Notes: generated by a model from the sequence alone, not told the origin. A stretch of DNA of 64,000 bases from Tubulanus polymorphus (GCF_964204645.1 NC_134027.1:20298560-20362559); one strand, 5' to 3'. Shown: positions 36,101 through 50,700, counted from the stretch's first letter. A program made the numbers and translations.

Positions 36101-37092
36101 CGGCTTTAAACCAGTTTCACAATCAAGGTAAGGATTTGGAATCAATATTAAGATTGAATGCTACTTATCGACCTGTTCAACTGGGGCGTTGATTCAAATA
36201 ATTTCTCTCGTTAGATTTTCACAAGAGGTAAGATAATGGTTTTTTCTTTTTTGGTACATCTTATCGTTTATCTATTTAAAGGTATTACCAATAGTTTTGC
36301 TCTGTGGTAATACTGGGTGCCCCTAGTGTTGTGCTGTTCAAAATGTGTGTTGGTGTACTTCGTTTCCGAGTCCAAATTCAAAAGATTCCGACCGTATTTC
36401 AAAACGCCATCTGCTGATGATTTTTTAGTCGTCCACATAACGACCATCTTAGACGAATCATCCCCATATGATATGTGAAATTGTTCCGGGATATTTTCAG
36501 CTGAAAGAAAAAACCGGAACAGTTCTAAAAAACATGGTAGAATTTGGAATAGAATCTTCGAATACATGGCCTTCCATTTCTCAAAATATCATAATTTTGA
36601 AATTTAAACAGCTTGGTAGGTAACGACCTTGGAAATGGAAGATTCATTTTCCTCAGTCCGATGGGTTTGATGCGACTCTGGGCCAAGTTCCACAGTTGTG
36701 AATTAACTCTGGCTGTGGATATACGTAATCCAACTGTGCGGATTCACTCTGGTTCTAGATCTAGTTCCATGAGGTGGATGTGATTTGGCTTTGGATCCAG
36801 TTTTAGACTGGGGGCCGAAACCATGGAACTTAAGTTCAATGCTATTTTCAACCAATGCAGTATGTCTACATTCAATTTGAATGTGGAAATTTATTAAAAA
36901 AATATATGAAATTGATTCACCAATTGAATAAAAACAAAGAACAAAAACTTACTTAGCCCCTAATCCAGAGATTTAACAGACCTAAAATCAAGAAGTAGAT
37001 ATGTAATACTTACCAAATACAAACCTACATAACATACACATAGTCAGAATGATATGTAAGAAATTCATTCGACGAGTGGTCATAGTCTCCAT
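30169..37092 (-). CDS. ACP7-like purple acid phosphatase, type I membrane form, 9 exons (37092-37014, 36500-36289, 35688-35593, 34993-34844, 34238-34163, 33994-33877, 33161-32961, 32199-32006, 30650-30169), 535 aa
   Basis: All GT-AG with compatible phases (1608 nt). Signal peptide; PEQFHISYG FN3-like N-domain; YGDLG, GDLAF, PGDHE, RPWIVAFGHRPMYCS, QAHEHSYER, GAAGNNEG; C-terminal TM YIVVIAVCTIIVMSLGVCLL. Confidence 0.92.
30840..31400 (+). mobile_element. Helentron/DINE-1-like element with 146-bp internal tandem repeats (intronic)
   Basis: GTAGCGATTT..AGATTT.ACAAGCG at 30903, 31049 and 31195, followed by a GACGGACGGACAGA microsatellite. Confidence 0.6.
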
Positions 37093-39526
37093 CCTAAAGC
37101 CCCTCCGTTCAGTTTACATCTTAATCACAAACTATGCGAATCAATTATTGATAAACGAGACTATTCAAATTGATTTTCATACACATTATCTTTCAAAAAC
37201 ACGATCTACACGGTTTCATTTCATATATCGCATGGGTATCATTTGAATATCCGTTCCCAATGCGTCTGTTTATTAAAATTATATTGCAATGAAGCATATG
37301 GCGTGGTGTCATTGATTTTCTCCCAACGAATATTTCGCGACAGATGGCCTTCGGAAAACAAATCACCACATTGCAAAAATGTCGTAGAAAAATTATGCAT
37401 CTACTACTTCGGCAATTTTGAGTTTTCATCCGTGCCAAGCGAGGATCCGACTATAGTTGATCGGCTATCCGCGTTTCAATTTCCATGTCGAGGTAATTAC
37501 AATCGTGCAATCTTTTGCAGCGATTTGATGAACAATGCAACTTCAACAAACACTGAGTAAAAAAGTCAATCTTTTTGGTAGCTCGCTCATCATATACCTG
37601 CATGCGGGAGAATAAAATCGACTGCAGCTCATAAGCCAGATTGTCTTTTTTGTCGTTTTTGAACTGTTATGAATCTACGACCGAGATTGAATTCACCAGC
37701 TTATTCAAAGACAGGGTTAGTGTACCTAACTATTCCATTAAACATTACCGGATCTGTTACTAGAAGGTGGTCACAGTTATGTCCATTCAAACTACCAATC
37801 ATTGCCGCGTAATTCTAGTTAATGCGTTTGCTCTTAGTTCTTCTTTCGATTCTAGTCACACCGTCTAGTGTTGTGTCGGATTCGGTCTTATATTCATGTT
37901 GTCTTCTCGCGTTGTTGGTTTAACGTTGGGTAGTGTAGATCTCTGGAAATAGTGAATATAATGTCCTTCCTCTACGAGTACACACATTTTATTGCCAATG
38001 GAGCTAGTAACATTTTGGCATAAAGCCACGCAAAAAACCAGCCCGGCGGGTCAATTTAAGTAGTGTATCGTAACGATTTTCCTTAAAATCAGTGCCGAAT
38101 AGCGCGAGGTCGGGATTCGAAATGACCAATTGTATTTATTAACTTGGACACTTGTTTCTTATAATAAGATAATCATTGTTTTTGAAGTTTTACTTTAAAA
38201 TCAGAAAAAGTTGGTAGATGTAAGGTATGTAATTTATTTCTTGTTCATGCTGATGAAAATGATTATTGTCTTGGATTTTGAGAATAATGTATTTTCATTT
38301 ACTTTTAAACTTTTATTTCACATAGCATTTAGTATTTTTTTTAGATGATCCTAAACTTCATGTGATTGAATCACAACTTTCCATTCTTATGGTGTTTCTT
38401 TGATATTTGAAAAATGATTGACGTACTCTCAAAATTGGTAAAAGCAGGATGGTACGTAGGAATGATCCGACATCTGGCAATCATACTAGTCCTACAGTCC
38501 TATTAGAATAGCATTTGGCAACAGTGGAAAAGCATATCCTGTACATTTGATTTCAAACATTTTCAGTGGAAACCGCTTTCAAATTATTTGAAATTATGTA
38601 AATTCTTAGTATTCTCGAAGATGATCGGTAGTCGAAACGTTGAATAAATCCAAGAAAATATTTCGCACTTGATTAAATATTTCATCCTCAGTATGGGATC
38701 TGTTAGGCTAATCGTCACAGCACGGACAGAGTGTTTGATCTTATGGTTTTATAATCTCGTAATAGAAAAGATAAGTTATCATCCAGAATCACAATATATT
38801 CAATACTTTGTTGGTGATCGCCATCAATCAAACGTAACATACCTCTTTATCTACTTGCCATCGATACTATAGTTGAGTTTGAAGAGAAGACGACGGACGA
38901 ATGTTGAGTGTCGTTATCCGAGTTCGCTTCCGAGCTACGACACCAGCTCAAACAGTCGAACAAAACTAAAGCTAGGTAACAAGAATACAACAAGGGGAAC
39001 ATCGATATAAAAAAGAAAATAACGCCCATAAAAACGAGTATCATCTTGCCGGCTGTACAGTTTTCTGAATATTCCCGAGTTTAATCAGTTAATTGTCACT
39101 TCATTCGCTGTTGCATAGCAACGCGCATTAATCTAACTCGTTCACTTATTCACTCGACATACATCCTATTCGTTAAAACACGTGAATTTTCGATTATTTC
39201 TACTTTTAATGTATATATTAGACTTGCGTCATTTCTTGGGTACGAGGCAGGAGAATAGGGCCTATATAGTTCTCGTCTGAGCAACTGAAATAATCAGTTG
39301 CAATGACACAATGCACAGCAATGGTTCAGAATTTGTGCATTTGTCACCTTGCTTATGTTCGGGTCTCAAGTAAGTAACAATGTATTAATGATTCTATTTT
39401 CATATTCAGTTCAATATATTTTTTTGTTTAAAAGTAATATGGATCAAAATATCTTATAAGTCAAAGAAGTTAAGAATATTTGAACTTCTCTAAAATATTT
39501 CCTAGATTTTATCAAGTAACATTAAA

Positions 39527-39638
39527 AGGCTGGTTTATGTCGACCTGCGACTCGACGACCGACGCAACTGGGTTTATCGGCGACTAGCGGCAACTAGCGG
39601 CTTACGAAAGAGCGCCAGCTGACGACATAAGCCGGCCT
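39527..39638. mobile_element. small MITE
   Basis: Imperfect TIRs AGGCTGGTTTATGTCG / CGACATAAGCCGGCCT. No clear TSD. Confidence 0.5.
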
Positions 39639-39845
39639 ACGGTAGGCCGACACTAATACTTTCCAGCGCAACTGACGGATAGTGTGGATAACTGCGAATA
39701 GTCCAAAAGGTGTAAAAAACGTCTTGTCTTATAATCTATGTTCTAATTGTTAACATAGATAAATTGAGTTTTTTAATCTCTGAAATTTGTTGTAGAGAGG
39801 ATTTGACTTCATCATCAAAAATACTTTGTAACAAAACATTTGATA

Positions 39846-40331
39846 AGTATTAGGAAATTAAAGATAACATTCAATTAAAGTATAAGTGTAACAGCAGCTA
39901 CATAGTATTTAAAACAATGGTTGAAACCTATCAACACTGAATTGTGGATGAACCCTTACTAGAATTATAACTATTTGAACTCGATACAATCTTAGTTTTG
40001 GGTTGTCAATTTTATAATTCATTGTTCTAATATCAGAACAGCGTTAGTTCTAGGTAACACCAGGATCAATTATTGCCTCTCAGAAACAGTATTAGGAAAT
40101 TGATTATAATATTTGATTAGAGTAAAAGTGTAACAGCGGCTACATAGTATTTAAAACAATGGTTGAAACCTATCAACACTGAATTGTGGATGAACCCTTA
40201 CTAGAATTATAACTATTTGAACTCGATACAATCTTAGTTTTGGGTTGCCAATTTTATAAGTCATTGTTCTAATATCAGAGCAGCATTAGTTCTAGGTAAC
40301 ACCAGGATCAATTATTGCTTCTCAGAAACAG
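39846..40331. repeat. 242-bp tandem duplication
   Basis: AGTATTAGGAAATT...CTCAGAAACAG occurs twice (39846 and 40088) with high identity. Confidence 0.92.
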
Positions 40332-40548
40332 GTTAAAATGAAAAAGTTATTCTTGGAAAAGGCAAGTTAAACGGGATGCTGTTGCCATAATAAGAATTAG
40401 GCTTTATACGCTCGCATGATGTGGCAGTTTTGCGAGTGGTTGATATAAGGAGGGTCCCCCAAATGAAGACACCGAGAGACTCAAGAGAGACACCGAGAGA
40501 CACCGCGGAAATCCCATTTGGATTATGAAGGATTAAAAGGAAATAAAT

Positions 40549-41000
40549 ATGAATTCAGAACGTATTTACCAGATAGATTTCATAGATTATCAAGTGAAGG
40601 TATTGAAGAATTATGTTCTGGTGATTTCTATTTCATATATAAAGTTAAGAACGATAAAGGACACCATGATATATATATCGAATAAAAAAAAATCAATTTT
40701 GATAAAAGATTTGTTGTTAAAATGGAAGCGAGTAAGAAGTACTACTGACCAACATGTAAAATAAATATAGATAAACCTCAAAAAGCCAGACATAATAATC
40801 CAAAATCTCACTAAGAAAATGAATTGAAATTAGAATATACGCATGATATATTAGAAACTAAATTAGAAGAATTAAAGAATGAAAAAGAAATATATAAATG
40901 TGATACATGTAATCAATCATTCAGTAACAAAAAATATCATAAACAACATTTAAAATCTAAAAATCATATAAGAAATATTAATAATCATCTTTTCTTTTAA
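40549..41000 (+). pseudogene. decayed AT-rich intronless ORF ending in a C2H2 (matrin-type spacing) zinc finger
   Basis: 40851-41000 reads LETKLEELKNEKEIYKCDTCNQSFSNKKYHKQHLKSKNH...*. The upstream part is broken by stops and frameshifts. Confidence 0.55.
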
Positions 41001-41049
41001 TGTAGCATTTTATTTTCAAATAAAGATTTACAGTTTATAATTCGCCGAG

Positions 41050-44000
41050 GTACCGTAACAGTACATAATTAGCAAATTCATATGTATATAAAAGACATAC
41101 TAGAAATATTGGCTACAAATGATTTTTAACAAAACTCAAAATATAAACTAAGGTAACGATAGAGATAATAGTGATATTAAGTATTAATGATAATAACAAT
41201 AACAATACATATAATAATATATGAGTACAAAATACAGCTAATAAATAAACATGCGAACTAAAATAGGTATGGGTAATTAGAGCTGGTAAGACTTGCTGTA
41301 AGCGTTAATATTTCTATATTAGTTACCAGATTAAGGTCAGGACTACCAAAAAGTAAAATGTTGCATTTCTCAATTATGCTTTTATAATTGTTACAATGTA
41401 ATTAGGAAAGATAGTTTAAGTCGCGGAGTAGTGTTTCGATTTTTTCACGGTGGGGTGAATACTGGCACTTTAAAAGGAAATGAACAGTGTCCAGCCTTTT
41501 ATTACAGTATTCGTGCTCTATTAAATGCAATGTCTTCATTTCGATTTAGGTTGGGGATATATGTACAGTGGATATGATAGCCGGCGATTGTGTACTTTAG
41601 ATTTATACAGGGAGAACGTTTGAATATTAATTCTAATATCTGGGCCGGTATTGTTCCAAATTGGTACCCATAATACACCCAGAATCAATAAGGGTAGCCT
41701 GGTAATGGAGACGTTCAAGTTTATTCAAATTAGTCTGATTTGCGATGTCGTACAGGATATCACAATACTCGAAATTGAGGTAAATAAAGGAATTATAAAT
41801 CGCATTTAGATGTCTAGTTTTAATTTTGTATTTTAGTGACTTAAGAGGATTTAATGATTTTGTACCTTTTCCGAGATAAATCCAATATGCTTATGAAATC
41901 TTAAGTTGCTGTCAAGAATAAAGCCAAGATGCTTGTGAAATTGGATAATAGGAATTTGGGTACCGTTTAGAAATAAAGGATCATAATTTCTAATGCCACT
42001 TTTACTAAATGTAAGGTCATAGATAGCTCGTTAACAGTTTTAAAACACTTCCCCTTATGCCATATGCTTCCAATTTATGCAACGATAGCTTATGAGGGAC
42101 GCTGTCAAATGCAGAGCTAATGTCCAAGAAAACGTTGGTCATGGTTCATTAGGAATTTATTGTGAATATGTGTAGTAATTGCTAACAGTTGATCGTATGT
42201 GCTGTGCCCTGGTAAAAAAACCCGATTACATGTGATATATTAAGTCATACCGCATAAAAGGTGTTGAAAAATAAAATCGTAAATGACACGTTCAAATAAT
42301 TTGGATATGGTATTTAAAAGGGTTATGGGACGATAATTTTCTGGGTCATTTTTGACACCTTTCTTATAAACATGAGACACAATTCCTAGTTTCCAAAATT
42401 CTGGAAAGGTATCATTTTCAAGTAATTTATCTAAATAAGCTGGAAATTAATGGCGAGACCTGGTGTGCTGAGATTTTCAGCATTCTATTTGTAATGGCAT
42501 CTGGACCACATGCCTTGTTTAAAGAAAGTTGATTAATAATTTTCAATATAGCAATCAGGCGAGGTTTAATTGATAGTGACATTATAAGGACAACGACTAG
42601 GGAAAAGAGGTAAATTATCCTGGTAATTCAAACCATTTCTAAATTTTCCTAAGCAATAGGTTGGCTTTGTCAAAACTTGAAACACATTCTTTATCCGATT
42701 CCTTATCAATTAAGGTTGGAATACCAGAAGTAAATTTGTTTCCCAGTAATTTCTTTATAATTCTCCAGTAATCACTATTTGAACTTGAGTTATTTTCAAG
42801 CCCATAAATTAAGTTATTTTCGTAATTAATTTTTCTTTCCTCTATAAGTATATTTACATGATGAGAATGTCTCTTAAATAAATCAAGGAAACGAAATTTG
42901 TCCTTTTAAATTTACGATATTATCTGTTTCTTTGATTTATTGCGCGTCTAATAGTTTAACTAAACCACGGCTTTGATGACGTTTTAACGGAAACAAGCCG
43001 GTTTGGAATTGAATTGAGATAAACATCAGATAATTTTTTTTTGTAAATTCAACTACCATATTATTAGGGTTTGCAATATGGAAAAGATCGTCCCATTCGA
43101 CATTATCAAAGTTTTCAGTTAATACAGTTCGATTACACGAGTCATAATACCAGATACGCTTATCAAACGAAGTTTCGCTCTTTCTAGATAAATTCATAGA
43201 CGTAAGTAAGGTGCCGTGGTCGGAATTACCTATAGGTTCTAAGACCTTTGTGCTACTTAGAAACCCAGGCGAGTCTGTAAATAACTGGTAAATACATGAT
43301 TTACTATTGACGGTAATCCTGGTAGGCTCATTTATTAATTGTATAATATTACACTCGTCTCTGACGGCTTTTAGTTGCCTACCAGGAGTATCGGTTATAT
43401 CATCTTTATACTATAATTCATGCTTACTATTAAAATCTCCAAAAACCATAATACCGGTGTTTAAAGGTGCATTAGATGTTTGAATAAATGCAATGGTATT
43501 TTTAAACTGTTCAAGAAAAGTATGTCTCTCATCAGTCGACTGAGACGGTGACCTATATTAAAAACCCCAAAATACATTTTTATAGTTAAGCTTTATCTTA
43601 ATCCAAGAACAGAATGTGTCTGTATATTGATGACAATTATTACTGAGCTCACATATAATAGAATGATGAGCATACACGATAATACCACGGTTTTTACAGG
43701 CATAATCAATTATATCATAACCTGGAATTTCATATGATTGGATGTCATTGCTAATATCACCTACTTCACACAGGGCACCAACAAAAACCTCATTCTCGAA
43801 TAGTTGGTCCTTGAAAAAATCAAAACGTGTTCCATTGTCAGCCGTAATGCTATTTATTTTGTTGAACAGTACATTAAACGGTTTGGGTGGACTAGGGTTG
43901 AGTTCAATATCATTACTCAGAAGAATTAATATTTCTTTTGTTTTTAAAAAGAAAATTAAATTGGATCAGCCTGGGACAAACAGTAGCATTAGTAACCCAT

Positions 44001-45290
44001 AGCAACTAAAAAGAATTTTCCTTGTGCTGAAACAGAAAGAACACGTTCGATTTAGAAAAGCACACCAGCAATAAATTAAGAGAAGGGTTACCATGACATT
44101 AATAGAGTAGCAACTAAGACACACAGCAAAAATAATAATTTCAGTTAAGCCAGTATGAGACATCCCAGCCACTGGTAATATGGTTTTACCAACTACAGCA
44201 ATGATTAGCAGAAGGACCAGCATTAATATGGAGTTACCAGCACACACCCGGTGCTGCAGATAGCAAACAGGCATTTCAACCAATGCCCGACCTCCACGAA
44301 CTTGTGCTACAACATGTTAATAGGTTTTTATATACGGAAAAGTAAAAATAAAGATTGGTAAACAAAAATAATATGCACGTATTATAAATAATTAAATCAC
44401 TTAATAAAACCAAGGCACTCAGATCATTACTAGCGATAAAAAATAGAAAAATAAAATCTGGTTGCAGTTTTACACATGACCACATGGATAATAAGTAGCA
44501 AGGTTCCAGGTAATGTTCAGTGTAGACACAAATGTAACATATATGAACGGGTAGATTATTGGCAGGACTATAAGTAAATTTTCTAATTAAACATACTGAG
44601 GTTATTCTAGGTATGAGATTACAGATCTAAACGAGCACAATTTCCAGATTTAGGGACTATTTTGGAAGCGGTTTATACAGTTCAATAACTTTCGTGTTAC
44701 CATCTGGACCTATTCCAATGACACGGCCGGCAATCTTTGGGCAGAGGTCTATGCTGTCTAGGCTTTAGTGCCCTTGAGCGCAGAGCGTTTTTTGATGATG
44801 CGATCACGAAGACCACGACTCAAAAAACGAACGATTATTCCATTGTATCTTTTGGCCCATATCATCCAAGTATTGGCTCGCGACGTCGCACGCGATGAGC
44901 TACTTCGATGGGGATATCTTATCACTTAACTTATCATTTATTGATTTCACAACTAAATCAACATAGTTCTCAGTGTCGGCTTCTGGAATACCAAATATTC
45001 TTAAGTTTTGACGCCGAGAATATTGGTTATTTTCGATCGCGGCCTTACGGACTTCATTAAGATGATCACGCATTTCAGACATTTCTCGCTTAAGAACGTT
45101 AATATCCTTGTTGTGGATCTCTTTGAGGTCTCCAATTTTCTTATCCCGTTCTGTTTTGCCAGTCTCTAAGTCGTATAGGCGTTCCTCGGTGCGATGAATG
45201 AGGTTCTCTATCTGTAGCGTGTGCGCATGTAGGCGGACATAGGCATTGCCAATAGTTGCCCGGGTCCTCAATGTCACCATTTTGTTTGGA
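41050..45290 (-). mobile_element. decayed near-full-length CR1/L2-group LINE
   Basis: ORF1 remnant (NQYSRRQNLRIFGIPE, IIVRF), 2A-like DIELNPSP, APE remnants (YRSPSQS, GDF, SDH) and RT remnants ([25 protein letters not shown]). Many stops; ends approximate. Confidence 0.85.
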
Positions 45291-45308
45291 AAGTTTTAAT
45301 GAATCCTT

Positions 45309-46002
45309 TTAACCATGCCTCCGGTATGATGCCTGTATCGAGGACGTTATTAAATAAACACATTTAAGTATTATATCTTCGGCGGATTTTAAGAATTCAT
45401 TCGGGATGCCATCGATAGATACCACGAGCTTTGAAATTTCTTCAACCCTATTCAAAGTGGGTTTATCAGCATTCAGGACAATACGTTCGTTCATAGATTT
45501 GAAATGCTCAAAAAGATCAAAGTTTGAAACTTTACATGTGTTGTTACTTTCTTTCTTGAAATATTTCCAAAATTCATGGGGATTCGAATTTGACATTGAT
45601 CCTATTTTTCTGTTGAATGCTTGCCTCTTTTCATTTTTCCACTTATCAATTGATTTTATATAATCGAAATGCAACATTAATTTCGAAATGGTTATTTCTA
45701 GTGGGAAGATGAGTATGTGCGTTTAGCACGTCGATAATCTGCCTTTTTTGTCTGACTGCCACATTGTCAGTGGCCTTAACCATTGAGCTAGGCCTAGCTT
45801 TGCGCCTAGTTAGCCGTCTCCCCATAACCCTCTTTGCGGTTGTTAACAATACCCCGCAAAGCCTCATATTGGCATCGTTTACGTTAAGGGTCCTGTTTGT
45901 AAGACATTCATTTATTTCGTTCATAACGGCCCTTTTATTTTCGAGAGCTTGAATAAATTGGCCCTTTTTATCTGCTTTCCATTTTACTCTCTCAATGGGC
46001 AC
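45309..46002 (-). mobile_element. LINE ORF2 fragment (pre-RT region), second family
   Basis: NPHEFWKYFKK, LFEHFKSM, IDGIPNEFLK motifs. Confidence 0.65.
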
Positions 46003-47292
46003 ATCGTCGGCTGTTCGAATATCACGGATACCGGATACCGGACACCTAAATACCGGATACCGGATACTCGAGATTGCGGAGTATATAGCGCGTCGGGTCT
46101 AAGGATTCGTTTCCGTGCTGTTGTAAGTAGTACTGCCGCGACACACAATTCATTTATGTCAAATTGTTACAGCGGCTACCCAACTTATTTGTCTTAATAT
46201 ACAGCCTGCTTTCACGTTTTTAGTGTCATCATCGATCTCAATATTATACATATTTCTTTCTGAATACTGTTTTTCTTTGGTTAGGTGAAGTTAAACGTTA
46301 TATTCATTTTTTATTATCTTACTTCACCGGTGATGGATATGTATTGGTGGCCCTTTTTGGTTTTTCTGTAAAATCCTTTCATTAATAGGACTGAGTACTG
46401 CTAGGCCCTATATCTCAAGTTGGAAGGCCATAAGCGAGTCTGGCAGTTCTAAAGTTCCTTCTAATAAAGTTTGTTTTAAAGATCTGTACATTTTGTTGAT
46501 TTACGATGGAATAGTTGAGCTGAACACCAATGAAATACAAGTATTTACAAACAAAGAATAAAAATTCGTTTTCTTATTTTATGGAGGAGAATATTCGGTA
46601 TATTCTATTTATTGGACGATATGTCTACATTTCATTCTCAATCACGATGTCCCTAAAAATGAAATTGAGTCCATGGCGGTCGTCGAAAATCAACACCACT
46701 GGACACCAATTGTTTTGGTATAACCTTCAAAAATCAGTTCGTCGAATACCGGTTCCTACCATAGTTCGAAGTGACTATTTACCCTGATGTTAAATTTGAT
46801 TCTAATGATCATGAAAATATAGATCGTCAATAACGCTTAACTTGATTAAAATGGCCTTCTTCGTGAAACTGAATGATAAAGATATTTTGTATTGTACAGT
46901 AGCTCTGCCCAAAACGGTAACGGTCTATTCGGTAATCCGTTCAAATTGGCAGAATGATAAAAAATATTTTCTGTCCACTGTGTGTTACCGTGTCTGTCGT
47001 ATGTAATCGTGTTATTACTCGGAAGCAATAAATCGGTATTGAAATGTCTAAACCGGTAACATTTGTAACCGGTTTAGAAGCATAAACCGATGTATTATGA
47101 AATATGCTTAACAGTCCTCATAATACCAATTAGGCATTGTTCAATTATAACGGTACTCATGGCGAAGGAAACGTGTCTGTGTGAAACAAAGTCCATCCTT
47201 GCATTCATGTCAAATTTTTGGTCAGTTTTATCTACTCAATACAAAGCACAGCATTCATGTTCTTGTAACTGCATGTGTCAGTAGGCATATTT

Positions 47293-47509
47293 TGTGGGCT
47301 ATGATTGCCACATTAAATGGTCCAGGTTTGAGTAAAATAAGCAAGACCGCCGGAGAGGTGAACAACGACCAATATGTTTGGTGTCTAAGTAAACTCTGAT
47401 TTATTTATCTACTCGCTACAGCATAAGTTCAAGCGGGGCTTACATAGGCGGGGTTACATGAACTGAGGGGAGTGCGTTACTGGTAACTGACATATAACAA
47501 TTCCCGACA
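47293..47509 (-). repeat. BEL 3' LTR
   Basis: Preceded on the minus strand by the PPT GCCCGGGAGAA (47510-47520). Confidence 0.95.
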
Positions 47510-47763
47510 TTCTCCCGGGCGACAGAAAATTACTAGATAGATGTAATTAAGAAAAATGTTACTACAACTAAATAATATCGATATTCGAATAAATGATGCA
47601 TATGTATTGTTATAAATTTATGATAGTCAGATAAGGAACTACTGACAACTAAAAATGATGTGTTTAATTCTAAAACTAAGATTATAAAGTCTATTACATT
47701 GCGTTGTGTTTGTTGTTTAGGTCTCCGAGTGACCTAGCGTTGACTTGAGCGGTTATCAATTAA

Positions 47764-50700
47764 TTAACTACTACATGTATCAGACAGCACGTTAGCCCAT
47801 CTACTGATGTTATTTCTAGCCTCGGCAGCTGCCTTTCTCGTCGAACGACGTGTGACGGGTGCAGAATTTACGTTTGAGTCCGGTTTGCACGTGTTCGAGG
47901 GATCTGCGGCGCGCACTTCAAGAGGGTAGAGTTTGCTAGTTGGTCGATTAGTCCTGCCATTCGAAATTTTGATCTTAGCGGTTCTAACTAAGCCGTCGTT
48001 CCCCGGAACGAGTTCCTCGACCAGTGCTAGTTTCCATTTCAGACGCGAATTATGATTGTCGTCGTGTACTAACACGACATCACCCTTTCTGATGGTATTT
48101 CCAGTTAATCCGCGATTTTTAAATTGGATGTGTCTTTCGCGTAGGGCTGTTACGTATTCCTCAGCCCAACGTTTCCACAGATGTTGTTTTAATGAACCGA
48201 TTCGCACCGAACGTTTTTCAAATTCTGACGGCATATTTCCAAGCGTCGGGTCGGTCAGTTCATCGTAACTTACGAACAGATGCGGTAAACTCGTGAGAAC
48301 GCGACCGTGAAGGAAATGTGACGGGGTTAAAGGTTCTGGGTCGTCCACATCAGATGAACAGTACGATATCGGGCGATTATTTACAGCTTGTTCAGTCTCT
48401 GATACGATCGTAATCAATTCCAGCAGGGATAGTCGCGCACGCCCCAGAACTTTTTTGATCGCGGTTTTTGTTATTCCAACTAGCCTTTCGTAAAATCCAC
48501 CAAACCAGGGGCTCGACGAGTTATCATGACCCACTCTGATCGGTGTAGGCTGAAGTACTTTCGGGTTTCGATCGATTCGTATATCTTTTTGATAGCATTG
48601 TTACTCGCAATAAAGGTTGATTGGTTGTCCGATATTATTTTCTGTGGTAACGAACGTCTGGCAGCCATTCTCCTCAACGCGTGTAGGAATGTTGACGTAG
48701 TCATGTCCGTTACCACTTCCAGATGGATGGCACGCGTGTTCGCGCAAGTAAACAAGCATATATACGCGAGTGACTCCTCCCCGGATTTCGACCGAAGATG
48801 TAGTGCACCGGTGAAATCTAAACCACAGACGGTGAAGGGTGGAGCCTCTTTCAAACGCGAAGATTGTAACGGAGCGCAGTTTGGTAACGAGTACGGTTTA
48901 CCGGTGATATATTTGCATATGACGCATTTTCTCAACAACTTCCGAGCCACTTGACGAACACGAGTAATCCAATACTTTTGTCGGACTACGGTTATAGTAG
49001 ATTCTGTACCGAGGTGTTTGACCTTATTATGGGAATCCAGTACGATTAATTCACTATATCTACAATGAGGTAACAATATCGGAAACTTTGCATCGTATCC
49101 GATGGGCGCGTTATGGAGACGGCCTCCAACACGAATGATATCATCTTCTAAAAACAAACGAAGTTTCTTTACAAGTGATGGCCTTTTCTTAGATTTATGT
49201 TCTAAACTAACTTTCACGTCATTGAAGTAACTCGATTGAACACCTTTGTTCCATAGATCTTCGCATTCTGCTATTTCGTTAGCAGTTATTTCATCCGATT
49301 CATGGTTTTCGCGTCTTGACTTTTTAATAAATCGTCGAACTAGCGCGGTTACGCGTAATAGCCTTGTTAACGAAGTGAAATCGTTCTGATCTATTACGTT
49401 ACATATTCCGACTTCGTTGTTTTCGCAGATTTTTTCGTCAGGCTGTTTGTCCTCGTCCATTTCGGTTATGAGCAAAACTGCTCGATCGATCGTGTCGCAG
49501 GTGGGATAATTACCGTTGCTAAGCCAGCTAGGGCCATTCCACCAGAGCGTGCATCGCGTAATTTGTTCGCACGATATTCCTCTGCTTAACATATCAGCCG
49601 GATTGTCACTCGTCGGACAATATTTATAGCGACCGATAGTTGTCACCGATTTAATTTGACGCACGCGATTAGCTACGAAGACGGGAAGCTTTTTCTCGGA
49701 GTTGATCCAGTGTAACACAATCTGGCTATCTGACCAGAGCACGCACTTTGTTATGACTATTTCAGTAATCAGACTGTTTCGAACGTAATCTGTTAATTTA
49801 GCACCAATCAACGCGGCCATTAATTCTAACTGCGGTATCGTATGTTTTTTAACAGGTGCCACACGCGATTTAGACATGACGAGTACCGTCTGATCTCCAC
49901 GTTTTAGATAGACGCAAGCGCCGTATGCCAATTGGCTCGCATCGCAGAAAGTGTGCAATTCGTACTTAGCTTCCGATTTCGCTTCCGATTTCGAGTAGCG
50001 TCGATCAACGCGTATTTCGCTAATTTCACGCAATTCCGTTATCAACGAGATCCACGATTCGACTACGCGCTCGGGTAGGGTTTCGTCCCACTCATAACCT
50101 TCCGTCCACAACTGCTGTACGAACATCTTCGACTTAATATGGACAGGCGAGACGTATCCTAACGGGTCATAAAGGCTCGAGACAGCCTTAACGATTTCGC
50201 GTTTGGTAATCAAGTCAGGATTGGCGAACGCTTGTTTGTTTTTGAATGACAGCGTATCATTCACCGTATCCCATTGGAGTCCGAGCGCAGAAACAATAGT
50301 TTTCTCGTCCGATAAATTATCGGAATCTGCTTTGGCCTTTAGTAACGAAGAGTTAGAAGCATAAGACTGAAGTTTAAATCCGCCGTTTTTCATTATGCTA
50401 TTGATATTCGTATAGTATTTCATGAGATCGCTCTCAGATTCACATCCACTAATCGCGTTGTCGACATATATATTTTTAACTAAGTCACGTGATACATGGT
50501 TATTATAATTATTTAGATGAAAACGAACAGTAGCATTCAATATAAAGGGTGAACTCACCACGCCGAACAATATAACCTTGAAGCGATAGGTTTTGAGTTC
50601 ACTTTCTGGATTCTTAGGATCAGTCAACCATAGAAATTTCGTATACTCGCGATCATCATCGTGCAGACCAACTTGAAGAAACGCCTTTTCGATATCCGCC

